A stretch of DNA of 64,000 bases from Auanema rhodensis. Taxonomy: Eukaryota; Animalia; Nematoda. The stretch spans positions 6,696,001 to 6,760,000 of the forward strand of contig OZ059894.1 in assembly GCA_964057225.1 (NCBI GenBank), written 5' to 3'. This document shows positions 28,300 to 40,200 of the stretch, in pieces (within the stretch, counting starts at the first letter, position 1; each line of letters opens with the position of its first letter). The notes under the pieces are model-generated. The model was given only the letters and a program-made list of their open reading frames with translations, had not been told where the DNA came from and searched no databases. The position numbers and the translations under genes were made by a program.

Positions 28300-31200
28300 C
28301 ATTTTTATTTTTTGCGTTGTCCTGTGATTTGTTTTATTATTTCAAGAAATAAATAATGAATTGGTTCTCCATTTTGTCACTTTATTCCTTCGAAATATAA
28401 CTAATACATTCATCTGAATACAATACATAAGGCAGTCACATATAACTTTGGGATGTTGAAAGCAAATAATTCAAATGAGATTTCATTAAAATTATAAAAG
28501 AAGTGCTATGTGATGTCGAATGACCTAGTCGATTACCTATTACGAAAGACAATCAGAGATGGAGCCAACATGTGAATAACTAGAAATGGTACAGCAAGTA
28601 CTCCGAAGAGGTTCGTGAAGACGAGAGAATTGGGAGCATGAGAGAGAGAGATTGTCTAAATGAAGGAAGAAAGGAAGAAAAATGTTTTTTTTTTGTCAAT
28701 TTACAAAGAATATATGCTTAGGTCGGATCTGAATATGAAGCCGTCCGCTCCACCCAACAGGATTCGTCAATTGTTCTTTTTGGGGAACAGCTTTGCCGAC
28801 ACTTTGAGGTTTTGATTAGGTAAAAAAAAGGAGAAGAACACCTAGATCATTGAACCTACGAAGTTACTTGAGACATGTTGACGTTGAAACATTTAGTTTG
28901 ATGATCGCCTGCAGCGTCATTCATGAACTATATAGTGTCTTCGACTACAAGCACTCAAAGTGCATTCGTTTTGTTCAAGTTTTCCGGTGAACCCATTGCC
29001 ATGATTGAATGAGTCGGCAAAGCATATCCCCTATCGAACCTGAAATTTTGACGATCCCGTCCATTGCGGTACCCGTTTGCGCCGGGGAACGGACGGCAGC
29101 AAATTCTATTGTCCTGTTATGGAATTTCAGTTTGAAGGCAATCAAGAAAGATTTTGGAATTTTTGTGAATCCATATTTAAAAAAAAAGAAAGAAGAGCTG
29201 GAAAACAATAATTTTCGAGAAAATGTGAAGTGGAGAAGTCAGAAAGGGAGAGAGAAAAAGTGGAAGAGTCGAGGTGAAGGAGAGAGGATATGGAAAAGTC
29301 CAGTTAAAGTATCAGTTTGGTACAACTTAACTCGTAACTGTCCTGAGCTCACGAATCCTCAAGCCTCCACTATACATCATCGGGGTACATTCATCATTTC
29401 TGGACAGTTAAAAAAATTAATTAGATAACGCAAGCAAACTTAGAGAAAAAAGGATGCGGTGGGACAGGTATTAAGACATGTGGGAGGGGGATGAAAGACG
29501 AAGAAGGGCCCAATTAGTGATTATTTGATAATCTGAGATTGCATAATGGAACCAGCATCTGGAACCACGTGACGTCCACAATGAAGATTGCTTTTCAAAG
29601 TTTACGAAATCCGTATGAGAATGATGTTGCACGAAGTAACATAAGCTGATCCTGGACATTTGTGCAGCTGAGAAGAAAGCAGCTTGTGAGTTGCTGTTCG
29701 ACCGTTCTTGTATCTCTCTTCAGATGATGCTGGTAGAGGAGTTGGCAGCCGTTTCTAGTTAAATGGGTTGACAAGGAAGAAGACAGGATTCCGTTCGGAA
29801 CGGAGCGGTCTTACGGAGCGCCACGACACAAGGCAGGACAGCTCCGCAGACATGTTGTTGAAAAATAAAAATCACAGAAACTGCTGCCGAAAGCGTTTGG
29901 AAAACGCACTACACAGAACGACGACACATGTGATATCACGAGGATGGCATGTTTGTGACATTCACGTACGTGAGATCAAACAGATCAACCTCAGATGGTC
30001 ACGTGCGGTGTTGCGTACACAGCAGGTTTGCTGGTGCTGAACCTGAAATATGATAAGAATTATATCAATAGGCATGAAATGATAGATCAAAACCATAAAT
30101 AGATAATGAAATGTCTCCTTACTCACCGATTTTCCTGTTTATAAAGCTCGCTTGAATAAGCATCTTGATGGATGTAAATTAAGCAAAATTTCAAGAATCC
30201 GAAGTTCATGTGGGCTAACAGATGTTGGAACGATCTGGAGCTTGCACAGGTGGCACACAGCAGGACCCGAAGTTGAGATGAGCTGGCTAAGTTGTCGTTA
30301 CATCTGCAAACAAGTGGGATAAATGAAGAGTTAAAACATGAAAGTTGCGCATATAGAACGATGAGTAAACGATAAGTAAGATGAGAGCAAAAGGAAAAAG
30401 GAGAGTTGAGGCAAAAGACAAAAAAGTTTGAAGAGAATGCAGTTCAGCCGCATACGAAAATGAGGAAAAAACGAAGATGGAAAACTAAGAGGAGAGTAAA
30501 ATAGATGAGACAAGCAAAAAAAGAAAGAGTAAACAAACAACAAAAACATATAGAAAGGAAATGAGGAGGGAACGAACAAACATGATAGAAATAGAGAAAA
30601 ACGATAGTAAACGAAAATGAACAAAAAGAAAATGGGATGTACTGGGCTATCTGTAAATGAGATGCCAATGCTTGCTGCTATGAACAGAACAGAAGAACAA
30701 TAGTCTAGAAAACAATATTACTTACATCCTTAAGGTTGTTCGAAGGGAAGATCAGGAAGGAAAATTCGTTGTGATATAAGCTCTGATCAACAGTTAAGAC
30801 GAATTGATAGATGGATGAAACGAATAGAAAAGCGGCAATCAGTTCAAATAGGATAGAAATATGAAGAAAAAGAAAGAGAAAAAGAAGGATAAGAAGGAGA
30901 TGATGCAGAAGAAACAAGCAAGAATATAAAGAGCTAGTTGTGACAATCTCTTGGTCAACTATTTGGAAAAACAAATAGTTTTATGTGTTTGAAAACGAAA
31001 AAATAACAAACGAATAATCAAAATAAATTTTTTTCAGGCAGAAATATGGAGAAATGGATTATTGAAATGAGGACATTTCTCAAAAGAACCGAATTGATGA
31101 AAAAATTCAATGTATATGTGTGTACTTTCAGAGTGAAAACATGACGTGCACAGAAAAAAAGTTTAAAGAAGGTACAAAATGATTCTTTCTTTTTTCATTA

Positions 31201-32237
31201 GATTCAACATTTAGCAATATAAAAATTTTGATTCCAATAAAGACGGGTTCAGTCTAATACGAACATGCAAGTCGACACAACATGGGGCTACCGAAAAGCT
31301 AGATGAACACAACAGATGACCAACAGCACAGTCTCTGCTTGAAGACGACAAAGCGGAACCGCAGCAAGGAAATCTTTGACAAGCTTCAGGAATAGAGGTT
31401 TGAAGGCATGCAGCACTCAGTTGTCATAGTCGTTGTAGTGTGGTTGTATGTATCAGGGGGTGGAGAAGACGACAACTACCGTCGTCGACGACAACAACAA
31501 CAAGCTAAAGAGGAGGGAGAAAGATGAAAACAGACGAAGAAAAAAAGAAAAAGAGAGAGGTGGAAATAGAGGGAAAGAAGGAAAGAGAAAGGAAACGACG
31601 GAGAGAGAGACACATAAATGTCGTTTTGTTGGCTGAGCTCATGAAGCTGTAGTTCTTTTTCTTTCTCTCCCAGCCCTCTATTTCTACCCAATTTCTTTGT
31701 GTCCCTCATCGTATCCTGATGCTTTTTTCTGACTATGTTTTGCATCTTTTTTTTTTACTTTTTCTGGCTTTCTTGCTTTCTGCAGTAGCGAACAAACAAA
31801 AATAATAGCCGGTGGCAGCGGGCTAGACTATACTTTCGACCAACTACTTAAACGATATGAATCAGGATGAAGCCAAAAAGAACGAAAATAGAAAAAAATA
31901 GTAATATTGAAAGCTTGACTAAGAGCGATGACCTATGATCATACTATTATATAGATCGAACAATCAGAAAGCTGATGGTTGTACGAACTATATTGAAGAA
32001 AGAGAGGGTGGAGTGAGTAGAAGACAAATTCAGACGGTGAGGAGATAGTTGAAAAATGATGTCAGAGAACAGGTAATATGAATAGAGAATCAGAGAATCA
32101 GACACAGGTCTTCAGTAGCCTCCCGATAGAACCGGTTTTTCTGAAGTGACAACTATGCAACACATAGACGCACTGTTGACAACCAGAAGGCTCACCGATT
32201 CCGATTCTGATGCATATAATGATGTTAGATTAGCTAA
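28300..32237 (-). ncRNA. Candidate spliced, structured long non-coding (or small-ORF) transcript
   Basis: Strong splice signals define exons 32237-32196, 30303-30127 (TTTGCAG|..|GTGAGT) and 30042-> (TATTTCAG|). GC-elevated hairpin-rich 3' part; minus-strand AATAAA at ~28304-28386; no recognisable protein. Confidence 0.4.
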
Positions 32238-34272
32238 CTGGATAAATAGTTAGAATGGATCAGAAAAGCCGGCCAAAATAGCAATCTGTGTACAATCCAA
32301 AGACTAAGGTCAATCAGATGAAAATCTAAACATATGAGCATATACATGAAATTCTATAATTCTTTCGGCATTGTTTCGATTTCACTACAAATGTCATGAC
32401 GACGACAGCAATGGTGACATCAACAGAAGACAAAGAGTCTCACTGCTTTAGACCCTCAACGGATCAAGAAAAATAGAAGAAAACGACGTAAACAAGATTA
32501 CAAACAAACAAATACATTCCAACTAGATAGTTTGACTAGTCAGGGTTAGATTCAAGATTCAAGACTACATGAATAATTTGGAAAATCATGTTTTCTCCGT
32601 CACAGGAAATGTGAAGCTCTCTAGAGGAGAACCATCTATAGCTTCCGATGTATGTACTTTCTCTCACTCTGCCTCTTTCTGCTTCCATCACGTGCTTCAA
32701 GAGTATAAAATGGGAAATAGAGGAAAGACTATGAGAGAACAACGGCAGAGAAATCAAGAGAGAATCGAGCAAATTGGAAAATACCTGAGCATAACAAGAT
32801 TCAAGCTAGATAATTTTAAAAACAGATTTCTATAGTCAGAGCAATCAGCTGATTTATGTACGGATATACATATATTTTTTATAAATAATAAATATAAATA
32901 CAAATATACATATAAATATAAATATACAAATACGTATATATTTATATATATCAATATATAAAAAGGAAGGAGTAAACGATAACGAGGTGAAGAAAATGAA
33001 ACTGAACCTCAATGGTGAGGGACCATCAAATCGGAATTGTGTAGGCGTAAAAATGAGTCAGCTGTGTGGAGTGTTGAACATTTCGGTCAAAGGACACGTA
33101 CAAGATAATTGTCAGCATGTGGCTTTTGGCTAGACTTACAACATATTTAAGATAAATATGTTTGGAAGATTAAGTAGAAAGTGCTTCATGATAACCATTA
33201 TAAAAGAAGATGTGGCAATATAAAAAGAGGTGAAGCTAAAGTCGTCTTATAAGGTAATGCAAATGTGGAAAGGTTTTTGTAGCCGTTATAGTAGCTATTC
33301 ATCAATGAACAGGTCTTCCGCGGGTCATATGACAGGAAAACATGTGGGTTTTCACGAGCGAACAAGCTAGAACCAAACCCTCGCTGAAGCTGTGGTATGG
33401 TTAAGGCCATAGTAATATATGTGAATAAAGCTGGAACCATGAATTAAAATGTATTCGCACGAAAGATGCATGTGGTTCTGGTTTCAAACTGAATATGGCT
33501 GACGACGTAATTGCCGGAGGGCAAGTTCGAGAGTAAGTGCGCAATCGTCGTCCTCTTTCATTGATTTCAGTATAGAAGCCAACAGGCTTTAGGTCTTACC
33601 CCCTCTTCCTCTCTTTGCTATTCCCTCTCTTACTATCTCTTTCCCTCTCTTCATTTCTCTCTCTTTCTCTTCTTGGTTGTAGTAATTGACAAGAAAGAGA
33701 GGGAAAATGCAAATGAGAGTTGAATGACAATCACGAAATGGGAGAGCCGAGACCAACATAGAAGGATAGAGTATGCGAGAGAAAACTTCTAATGTAGAGA
33801 GAGTATGTACTAGCTCAGACATCAGTATAGGCGGGTCTTTCTCTGCTTTGGCGACCATCCAAGAAACATCGATTGCAAACTGACCACATAGCCTCCAGCT
33901 ATACGAATATTGACAGCCATTGAGAGAAACCTGATGAGTTCATTGAGAGTGTGAGAGATTCAGACAGCTGGATGACGATTAGGACGCTATGCGTGAGAGC
34001 GAATAGAAGATAATATTGCGCAGGAAGAGAAGAAAAGAGATGTAAGCAGATGGTCAGAATATAAGGGAGCGAGATCGAGAACTATGTCCCTAAGAGAGAA
34101 ACAGGCGATGAAAGAACAAATAGACTTTAAAAGGAGTCGAGAGATAGATGGGACAATGAAGAAGTGGAAGAGAATGTTGAGAATAAGAGAAGAGAGAATA
34201 TGTGAGAAGCTCCCTCTAGGCCAATTGAACTTCCTGGCCAAGTGCCAATTTCCCTTCAGCGTTAAACGTTGA

Positions 34273-34288
34273 TGACGTCAATATATAA
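34273..34288. promoter_or_regulatory. Perfect CRE palindrome TGACGTCA next to a TATATAA
   Basis: GATGACGTCAATATATAAC read directly from the sequence. Confidence 0.4.
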
Positions 34289-37200
34289 CATAAACAAGAA
34301 CGAAATAATAAAAAGTTGAATATTCTATGATCTTTTGATCTAATAATAGGAGCTAATTTTCAGTAGTTTACTATAGAAAGAGAATATTTTAGAAAGAATA
34401 GGATTGAATTATAACAAGCCCAAAGGTCAGCTGGCCTTAAGAACTTAATTTAATAATTCATTTTATGTGCGTATGGATCGGCATGAATTACTTGAAAATT
34501 AATGGAAATGACTAGGAACAAGAGTGCAACATAGTTAATCATCGAAAATGTAAAGAGCATGATGTAATCAGATACGATTAACGACACCAGTGAACTACTA
34601 CATATAAAACATTTGAGATGATTTAACATTAGAGTTTTAGTTAAAAAAAGAAAATTATATGATGCAAGATTTTTATTTAAAAAATCAATATATACTGTAT
34701 ATTCATATATATTTATGTAAAATATACTTCAGTATATTGTATTAATCTAAATATATATAGTTATTGCTATATAATTAATGGACAGTTTAGATTTCTCTAA
34801 CAAATTATGTGGATAATGGAAGCACACATAAACAATTATCTGAATGAACCAGCTTCCATGCGTATGGTTTTGACGGCTGGTAGCTTAGCGGTGTCTGATC
34901 CAGGTGGTTAGGATATATTTCGCTTCACAGAATATAATAGGAAATAATTCGCAGTTTCCACTGAATCAATACGAATGATCTGAAGAAAACAGACACCTTC
35001 GTTGTGATATCTATACGTACATAGATATACATATACGCCGAAATCTCAGTAGAAGATTCATTGAGAGAAGGATCAATAGGATTTAAAAAAAAGCTTTAGT
35101 GTATGATGTGAGGGAGAGATGGAGTAAGGAGCTAGACGAGGCAGATCCAAAAAAAGCCAGCTCGAGTCGGTTTGTGGGTGTTTTTCGTTTGACAACCCTA
35201 GTAGTATAACGATTGAAAAGCCGGAAAAAGAGAGCTCATTCAACTATAGCTGGTCAGCAGAAAGACTATGGAAATACTAGTTAAACCTGATTTCGTTGGC
35301 TGTAAGTAATCAATTCAGTGGATTGGACAAGCTGAAATAGAACCAAATAAACGTAGAAAAGGACAGAAAGGGGATAATAGTATAGAAATTATAAAGATGG
35401 AATTAAGAGTGCAAGAAGACTAAGTTATACGTTGTCTTTGTTTTCTATAAACCTTTCTCATCCTTCTTCAATCGATGTTTTGTTTCTAATCAAAAAGACA
35501 TGGCTATCATCTTTCCTTTTTTTCATTGTATTATTCATTTTGATAAAAATATTGCAGCTAAATGCGCTGGAATTTATGTTAAATTTTACTCAGATGAGGG
35601 AGAAATTGCAAATAAAAAGATAAACTTGCTTAAGAACATGACTGCCTAAAAGAACTAAATTCATGACAAAACATCGGACTGCTCAATAAACTTTAAGAAA
35701 TCTCACCAACCAGCTGTGCATGAAGGATATGCTGAGGTAGACAAGAAGTAGCAGAGAAAGGACACGCCTTAAGTGCCCTTTCCTATCTGTCCTTCATTCT
35801 CTCGATCTCCTCTCTCTATCGTTCTGCTTCTCATTCTCCACAAAGCTTATCCTATATCTATCATTTTCTGCTTCTCTATCTTTTTCTATTTTTATTTCTA
35901 TTCCTTCTTCATAACTATTATTACTAGTAATTGGTACGAGAGGAACTGGACACTATGTACGTCGTACTCTCGATGAGCTTCCATTTCAAAGTGATTCGCA
36001 CTTTTCGTTTTGGAACCACGAACTTTACGAATACAAAATGAAAAAGAAAGAAGTAAGAAAAGAAAATGAAAAATGAGAACAAACGGAAATCAGAGAGGGC
36101 AAAAGAGAAGACAGGATAGATAAAAAGAAGAGGCAAGACCAACTCTCAAAATTTAGAAGAATGAAATTTTTAATTCCAAGTTTTTTTCTTTCTTTCTATG
36201 ACTCTCTCAAAGCTGATGAGCTTTCTGCTTTCCTTTCTTCTCTTATATTTTCTCTTGGTCTCTCTTCTTATATCCCATCTGGCAGCAAGCCAACAAGTAC
36301 CCGCCTGCTCGTTTGCCCTTTGGCCATTTTAGAACCGATGACTGATGGTCGCCCTTTCAGGACGTAAGTCCAGGGATAGAAAGCGTCAAAAGCATCAAAT
36401 GAAGACGTAGAATAGTCTAATCTTTCGATTGGGCTCAAACCTCGAATTTCTTTGAAGCAGAAACAGCAGAATAAGAAATGAGAGATTAAGAGGTCACAGG
36501 AATGGAGATCATAGTCAAGCCGCATCTCAAAGCTGATGCTTCCTTTCAAGTAGACTTTATCAATATATATATATATATATAATTAAATAATTGATAAAAT
36601 CATGAGTGATGCGGGAGCAAGTGGAAAAGATGATGATTGTCACGTGAACGAAGCAATGTTGACTTACTGCATCACATACAACGTCTTCTATTTGTTTGCT
36701 AAAAGCTCCAAATGTAAAAAAAGATGAAAACGAGAGCGGTAGAAGAAGAATTCATTAAAGAGATATCAGAGAAAAAACAAAAAGGAATACTAAAGAAATG
36801 CAAAGAAGCTAATACGAAGTAACGTCAGAATGTTTTGAGCTTACTAAACTTCGATTTTTTTACTAAGTAAATCGGCACGAGTATTAATAAATAATAACAA
36901 TACGATAAAAGAAAATAGAATTCTTTCGTAAGTTATCGTCTTATAAATCCATAAACATCATATGTAGCTTAAACTCTTCATAATTTGAAGACATATGGCA
37001 CGAAAAAGCTTAAGATCACGCGAATGGGAAGGAAATAGAGAATTCAGAATACTAGAAGAGTAAAGAAAACGTAATACGTAGTATCACATATGTAACTAAA
37101 CGATTTCAATGAAAACAAATCTTTTCTCAAAACTCAACAAGAAGTGAAAAAAACGCATTGTAGTCTTGATAATACCAATGAGAATTATAGAAAAAGGTAG

Positions 37201-40200
37201 CTTCTCAGTGTTGATTGACATCTATGTAGCTTGGTGGAATTGAAAACAAAATATATAAAAAGCGTTTCATAAAGAGGCTATGGCTTCTGCACTTCTTCGA
37301 TTGTGGATGCCAGTTCGCTGTACTATGATGGATAGAACGAGAATGGAAAAATATAGTCCATGTGATGGTGATTGTTTGATCATTAGTCGTTATATGGACA
37401 TAGCACACAAAGATTAATCCTCGTGAGTTTTGATACAGAATACTTCATGTTCTCTCATTATTCTGTTTTCTCTCTGATTTTATAATGAGAGCTCAATGAC
37501 GGCGTCTATACTATTTCTGACTTTCAGAATACTGAACAATGTCTGACCGGAGATAAGCTGCTCTCCGTTGACGATACAAGGATTCTAATGATGAGTGTGG
37601 AAAAAGTAGTCTGAAAACACAATGATAATGTCTATCGAAATGAACTAAAACAAACTGAGTAGGGAGAATTGCAGGAAAATTTCGGAGCAAGGGCAAAGAA
37701 TGCAATATAAAGATGTTTGAGCCAAGAACAAAAGACGAATGTGGTAAAAGGTCGAAAGACTGTAGCAAAGTGTATGAAGAGCAACACAACATACGAGCAG
37801 CTCTTTACTCGTCGATGTATAACGTGCGTGTGCTGACGTCGTGACGGCGTAGAAGTGAAAAGACAAACACTGGACGAGAAAATGGTAAAGAAGGTTAGAA
37901 AGAGATAAACGAACGGCTTATGAATGAGACGAAAAGAAGTAGAGAAGGACGGCCAAGAAGAGACTAGGTATATTGAGAGATGATGCAATCATTAACGATG
38001 GTCTTAATCTAAGCTGAGTATAGTAGATGCACGGAAGAGATGTTACCGCAACAACTTTACGTAAGTTTCAAGAGATCTCGAACATTGAAAATTGCGTTTT
38101 TATAACGAACAGTACAGATTTCTGTTTTTGCAAACTAATAGAGGTTATTTTAGTTCAAATTAATCATTATCTTCAACGCTCTGTCCAGTCGATGGTAAGC
38201 TTAAGATGAATATGGGCAAAAGCTCGACGCCTAGCAACGGTGGATTATCATATCCAGGATGATACAGTTTAGGTGGCAGGTGCTGTTCTCAAAAGGATTA
38301 AAAAAGGAAACAGACAATATATAAAAACATATAAGTAAGCATTATCCGCTACTAAAATCAAATAGAATTATGATTATGATTTTAGAAAATATGAAAGATG
38401 TGTCTGACAGCAAATGTGCCAAAGGAAAAGACGAACGATAGTAGAAATTTGGCTTAGATCAATTTTTTATTAGCTATCATCAAGTATAATACAAACCGAA
38501 TAGAATACAAAGTACAGATCAATGATATATAAATTTTTTTGTATTTCCCTTAGGCTATTTTTAGATGAATATAAAGTAAATTCATAGGAAAACATGCCTT
38601 GAGATTGCATGAATATCAAATAGCATAGAGATTAAGAAAGAGAACAAAGGGGTAACAACAATTATTTGCCTCTCCATTCCAGGGTTTTCGTATATGATCT
38701 GATGCATTCTCTTCTTCTGTATCATTATGTGCAAATAGAAACATAACAATGGAAAGAGAAATAAAGAGAGAGGAGTATAGATAGTGAGAAAGTGGGGGTG
38801 GAAGGGAAAAGTTTAAAACGAGGAGAATTGAGAGGAAAATGAGAAGATTTAGCACATGCAAAACGAGTATACATCCGGACTGTCAAAGCAAGCTACATTC
38901 GGCCGACACGTATACAACTCCTCCCCATTCTCCTCAATTCGGTTTTGGTGATATCATTTCTGAAGCTAATAGACACCATAAAGCTTCGCGAAACATTGGT
39001 ACCTTAGATAAGATTGCCAGACATAAAAACATACATTTGAATGTTTGAGATAATATATGGCTAATATTTTTTTTCAATCAAGATGTATTCATACCCAAAC
39101 CTGGTTAAAAATGGTCACACGAGTACAGACAGAGGTCAAAATGGACGGAAAGAAAAAGAAAAGTTGAAGAAAATAGAAAAGAATTTTCTTTAAAACCTGA
39201 TAAATGACTTAATGACATTGATGTCGATGGCATTTAGAGTATCATCAGGTGATGATTCTTTAGGCTATTGCTTCTGATTGATAGGAACAATAATCATCAA
39301 ACAACAGATCAAGTGAAATGTATACTATACTTTAGATGATCGAACATTTAACAGTTTACCAAAGAAAGTATGTAGATTTCAAAACAAATAGGATCTGTCA
39401 TAAATTTGATTTGTTTTTAATTGAATGAAAACTAGGATATTATACAATTAACTTTTTTTAAATCGTACATTATCCAACATATTTGACAAAAGTACATTCG
39501 TGATTATGTACATGATATATAATAGTGAATAGTGAAAAAGGGAAATAATTCTCACAAACTGAGAAACGAGAAAATGAATGTGACAAGAGACAGGACGAGG
39601 AAAATAATAGAGAGGAAGGGAATATGCAAGATTGAAAGAAAGAGAGAGAAGCGACCTATGCACTTTGAAATGATACGAACTCTATATAACGTCATCCTCA
39701 TCATCGCTGGTCTATTACGAGAATAAACTTGTTCATTCTTTTTAGTGAAATTGAGGATTGAATGATGAAGTACGATACTATTAGACAATAATAGAAACGC
39801 TTGCAGTAGTCGTGGTTAGAGGCATATTGGAAATCTCTCAGATAATGAACAGTAGTGAATTGGAAGAGAGGATATGATATGGATAAATGGGGAGAAAAGG
39901 TGCAACATATGGAAATGGAAGAGAAATTCAAATAGAAACTCACAACAACGGAGGATTAGATGGTGAAAGAACAAAGCGATAGCTGAATAACAGAACATAG
40001 TCAATCAGTTTGACCTGAATCCGGATTGAACTCATCGAAAGCGAAATAAAGGGAGAAGGATGGCGAAGTGAAATCGGGGTCAGAATGAAAGTGGAATTCC
40101 TCAAATGCATACGAACATAAGCAATACGTTTGTATTGTAACGACATGAAAGAAAGTTCAAGGTAGAAAGGGAAACTTCCAAAAGGCTGTCTCGTATTTTA

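Noticed and set aside
29345-29400. SECIS-like AUGA/GA arrangement
   Set aside because: No apical AA motif, poor helix II, and no selenoprotein ORF upstream.
31385-31430. Short minus ORF ending UCC-UGA (antizyme-like +1 frameshift site)
   Set aside because: The +1 frame closes after ~30 codons and has no antizyme similarity.
33425-33485. ATAAAGCT (miR-79-like start) in a G:U-rich hairpin
   Set aside because: It sits on the 5' arm whereas miR-79 is a 3' arm product; the rest does not match and the stem is irregular.
35733-35760. TGAGGTAG (let-7/miR-48/241 seed), checked because mir-48/241 lie near unc-39 in C. elegans as I recall
   Set aside because: No complementary star arm downstream, and the 3' sequence is unlike any let-7 family member.
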